Assembly: GCA_028534125.1 (NCBI GenBank)
Contig: CM052832.1
Coordinates: forward strand, 18,788,001-18,852,000
DNA: 64,000 nt
Reading direction: 5' to 3'
Source: Lama glama
Lineage: Eukaryota
Shown here piece by piece: positions 62,108-64,000 of this stretch (position 1 is its first letter; each line of letters starts with the position of its first letter). Below the pieces are notes generated by a model. The model made no database searches. It was not told the origin of the DNA and worked only from the letters and a program-made list of their open reading frames with translations. The position numbers and the translations under genes are program-made.

Positions 62108-63519
62108 AAACATTTTGCAGAGATTCCCACCTTTTAGGGGGCCATCCCTTCCTTTGAAAATCTAATAAACTATGGGTCCCAGAAAAATGAATTCAGATTA
62201 AGTTTCCGTGGATATTCCAGCAGATTAACAGACCCAGGGTTAGGAAAATTAGTCTGAAAGACACAGGCTAAGCTCTCCGAGTGCATCCCCTCTACTGAAA
62301 GGACTGCTATCCTTTCTTAATCAGCTGCTATCAGATTGATGCACTCCCTGACTTTTAAGGAAATCTAGCTGTTTGAAATTAGTAGAACTTCCGGTGTCAA
62401 ATAGCACATATTTAAGTACGCATGCTACTAGACAAAACCTTATCTAAATTGTTACACTCATTTTTTTTAAAGAATTATAAGAAGTTATTTTATTCCTCTC
62501 AAACATTCACAGAAATCAGATCAAAAAGTCAGCCGAGTGAAGCCCAGCAAGGGCTGCAAAGCAGAGGCTTCCTCTGATGAATAAAGCAGAATGATTCACA
62601 ATTAGTCTAATTAGTTTACCCAACACGTAAGCTAAGGCTTCGGCAGGGCCAGAGCAGGACACTTTAGAAGGAGTCTATGTTCTTAGCTGTTTCAAAGGCA
62701 GCAACTCCTTCCCATTGATTTACCTTCCTGTGTCTACATTAAGTGGCCTAATTCATGAAGGAAGAGCTAATGGAAGTCAACGGGCCCAGGCTCAGATAAA
62801 CACAATTTTCAAATTTTGGTATTCACTGAGCAAGGCTTTCCTAAGTATGTGTGTGCCCAGATCCCACTTCAGGTCAAAACAAAAAGCATTCCAACCTTCC
62901 CTGGTGGCACCTGTGTCCCTGTTGGGCACCTCACAAACCCGGGTGAGCAACAGCCATCAGGAGACAGAAGTGGGTTTTCTAGACCTTTAAGCCCAGGTTG
63001 ACATCAGGGCACTTCAGGACTCCGCCCACTTAACTGAACTCGCCGGTGCTTCTCAGCGGCAGAAGGAACCCCGCTCCCAGCAAGAACATCCTGGGTGGCA
63101 GCCTCGTCAACTCTGCCTTTTGCTTCATCCCCACGATGTAACTATGGGTCAAGGGGTTGTTTTAGACCATGGGGGCTCCCAAAGGATAAGTATTGCTTAG
63201 GAAGAAGGTTCAGTCTACCCACCCTCTTGTGCTGGAGGGCTTGCGGCTCCAGGCAGAAGAACGGGAACCAGCAACGGTGAGGCGTCTTCTGCCCTCACTT
63301 CTCACTCCTCACAATAGGATTTATGACAAATAGCTCAGGAAGGATTTAAAAAAAAAAAAAGCAAACTCTGCTGGCCCAAAGCTTAGCTTATCAGGCTTCT
63401 CAAACAGGAGAAAAGAACACCAAAATCTGAAGATTTTTCTCACAGCCACCTCAAGGCCTGACAATCAGGCCTTTGCCTTTGCCTTACTCTCTGCCCCTAA
63501 CCGGGGACCCAGATGGGTC

Positions 63520-63790
63520 GGTTATGTCTCGAGAAGGTCGTTTCAGACCTCCGCATTCCCACCTTTCCAATCTCACAGCAGATGCTCCAGTTTGAGACCA
63601 CCCAGGCAGCTGTCAAACCGGTGCCCCTCCTGCTCCCCTTCCAACCCACTGTGCACACAGCTGCCAGAGCAATCTCCCCAGGCAGACCTCTTTTCTCCTG
63701 TCCCAAACCTCCACAGCTCCTCGGTTCAGACAGAACAAAATTAGACTGCTTGGTCTGCCAGCTACCAAGTCCAGAGTCCTGCTTACAGAA
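63520..63790 (+). mobile_element. Degenerate L2 fragment
   Basis: ctgctccccttccaacccactgtgcacacagctgccagagcaatct...ctcctgtcccaaacctccacagctcc. Confidence 0.55.
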
Positions 63791-64000
63791 GCTGCTCAAG
63801 CAAAGTAGAGCTAATAAGGTACAAACAAACCTAATGTGCTTCCTGGCTTCCTTCTTTCTTCCCTTCTTCCTTTCTTTTTTGTTACACTAATATTTATTCC
63901 CTCACTACTTTGAAAAGGAATTTGAGATGACTTAAAATGCAGACTCTAAAAAACAAACTTTTCAATGTTAACCATTATATATAAAAATAGATTAAAAAAC

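Noticed and set aside
63000..63290. Possible CpG-island promoter
   Set aside because: Only a modest, short CpG enrichment with no clear first-exon or core-promoter structure.

Overview
This 64-kb window is mammalian nuclear DNA with no recognisable protein-coding exon, RNA gene, CRISPR array or prokaryote-type system. Six copies of a tRNA-Ala-derived SINE point to a camelid genome (vic-1-like). The rest is ancestral eutherian repeats (L2, MIR, L3/CR1, L1M, MLT1A, MER3/MER33/MER5A/MER20/MER58A, Tigger MITEs, one MamSINE1-like element), short young L1 3' ends with target-site duplications (TSDs), repeat-free stretches that look like enhancers, and two exact 500-N scaffold gaps. L1 orientation and A-run bias suggest a large intron of a minus-strand gene that I cannot name. 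The most distinctive observation is a 421-bp sequence matching no repeat I recognise, with a decayed poly(A) tail and a perfect 16-bp TSD, inserted into a long L2. I found no evidence of a new biological system. All repeat family names come from my recollection of consensus sequences, not from a database search, and boundaries of old repeats are approximate.
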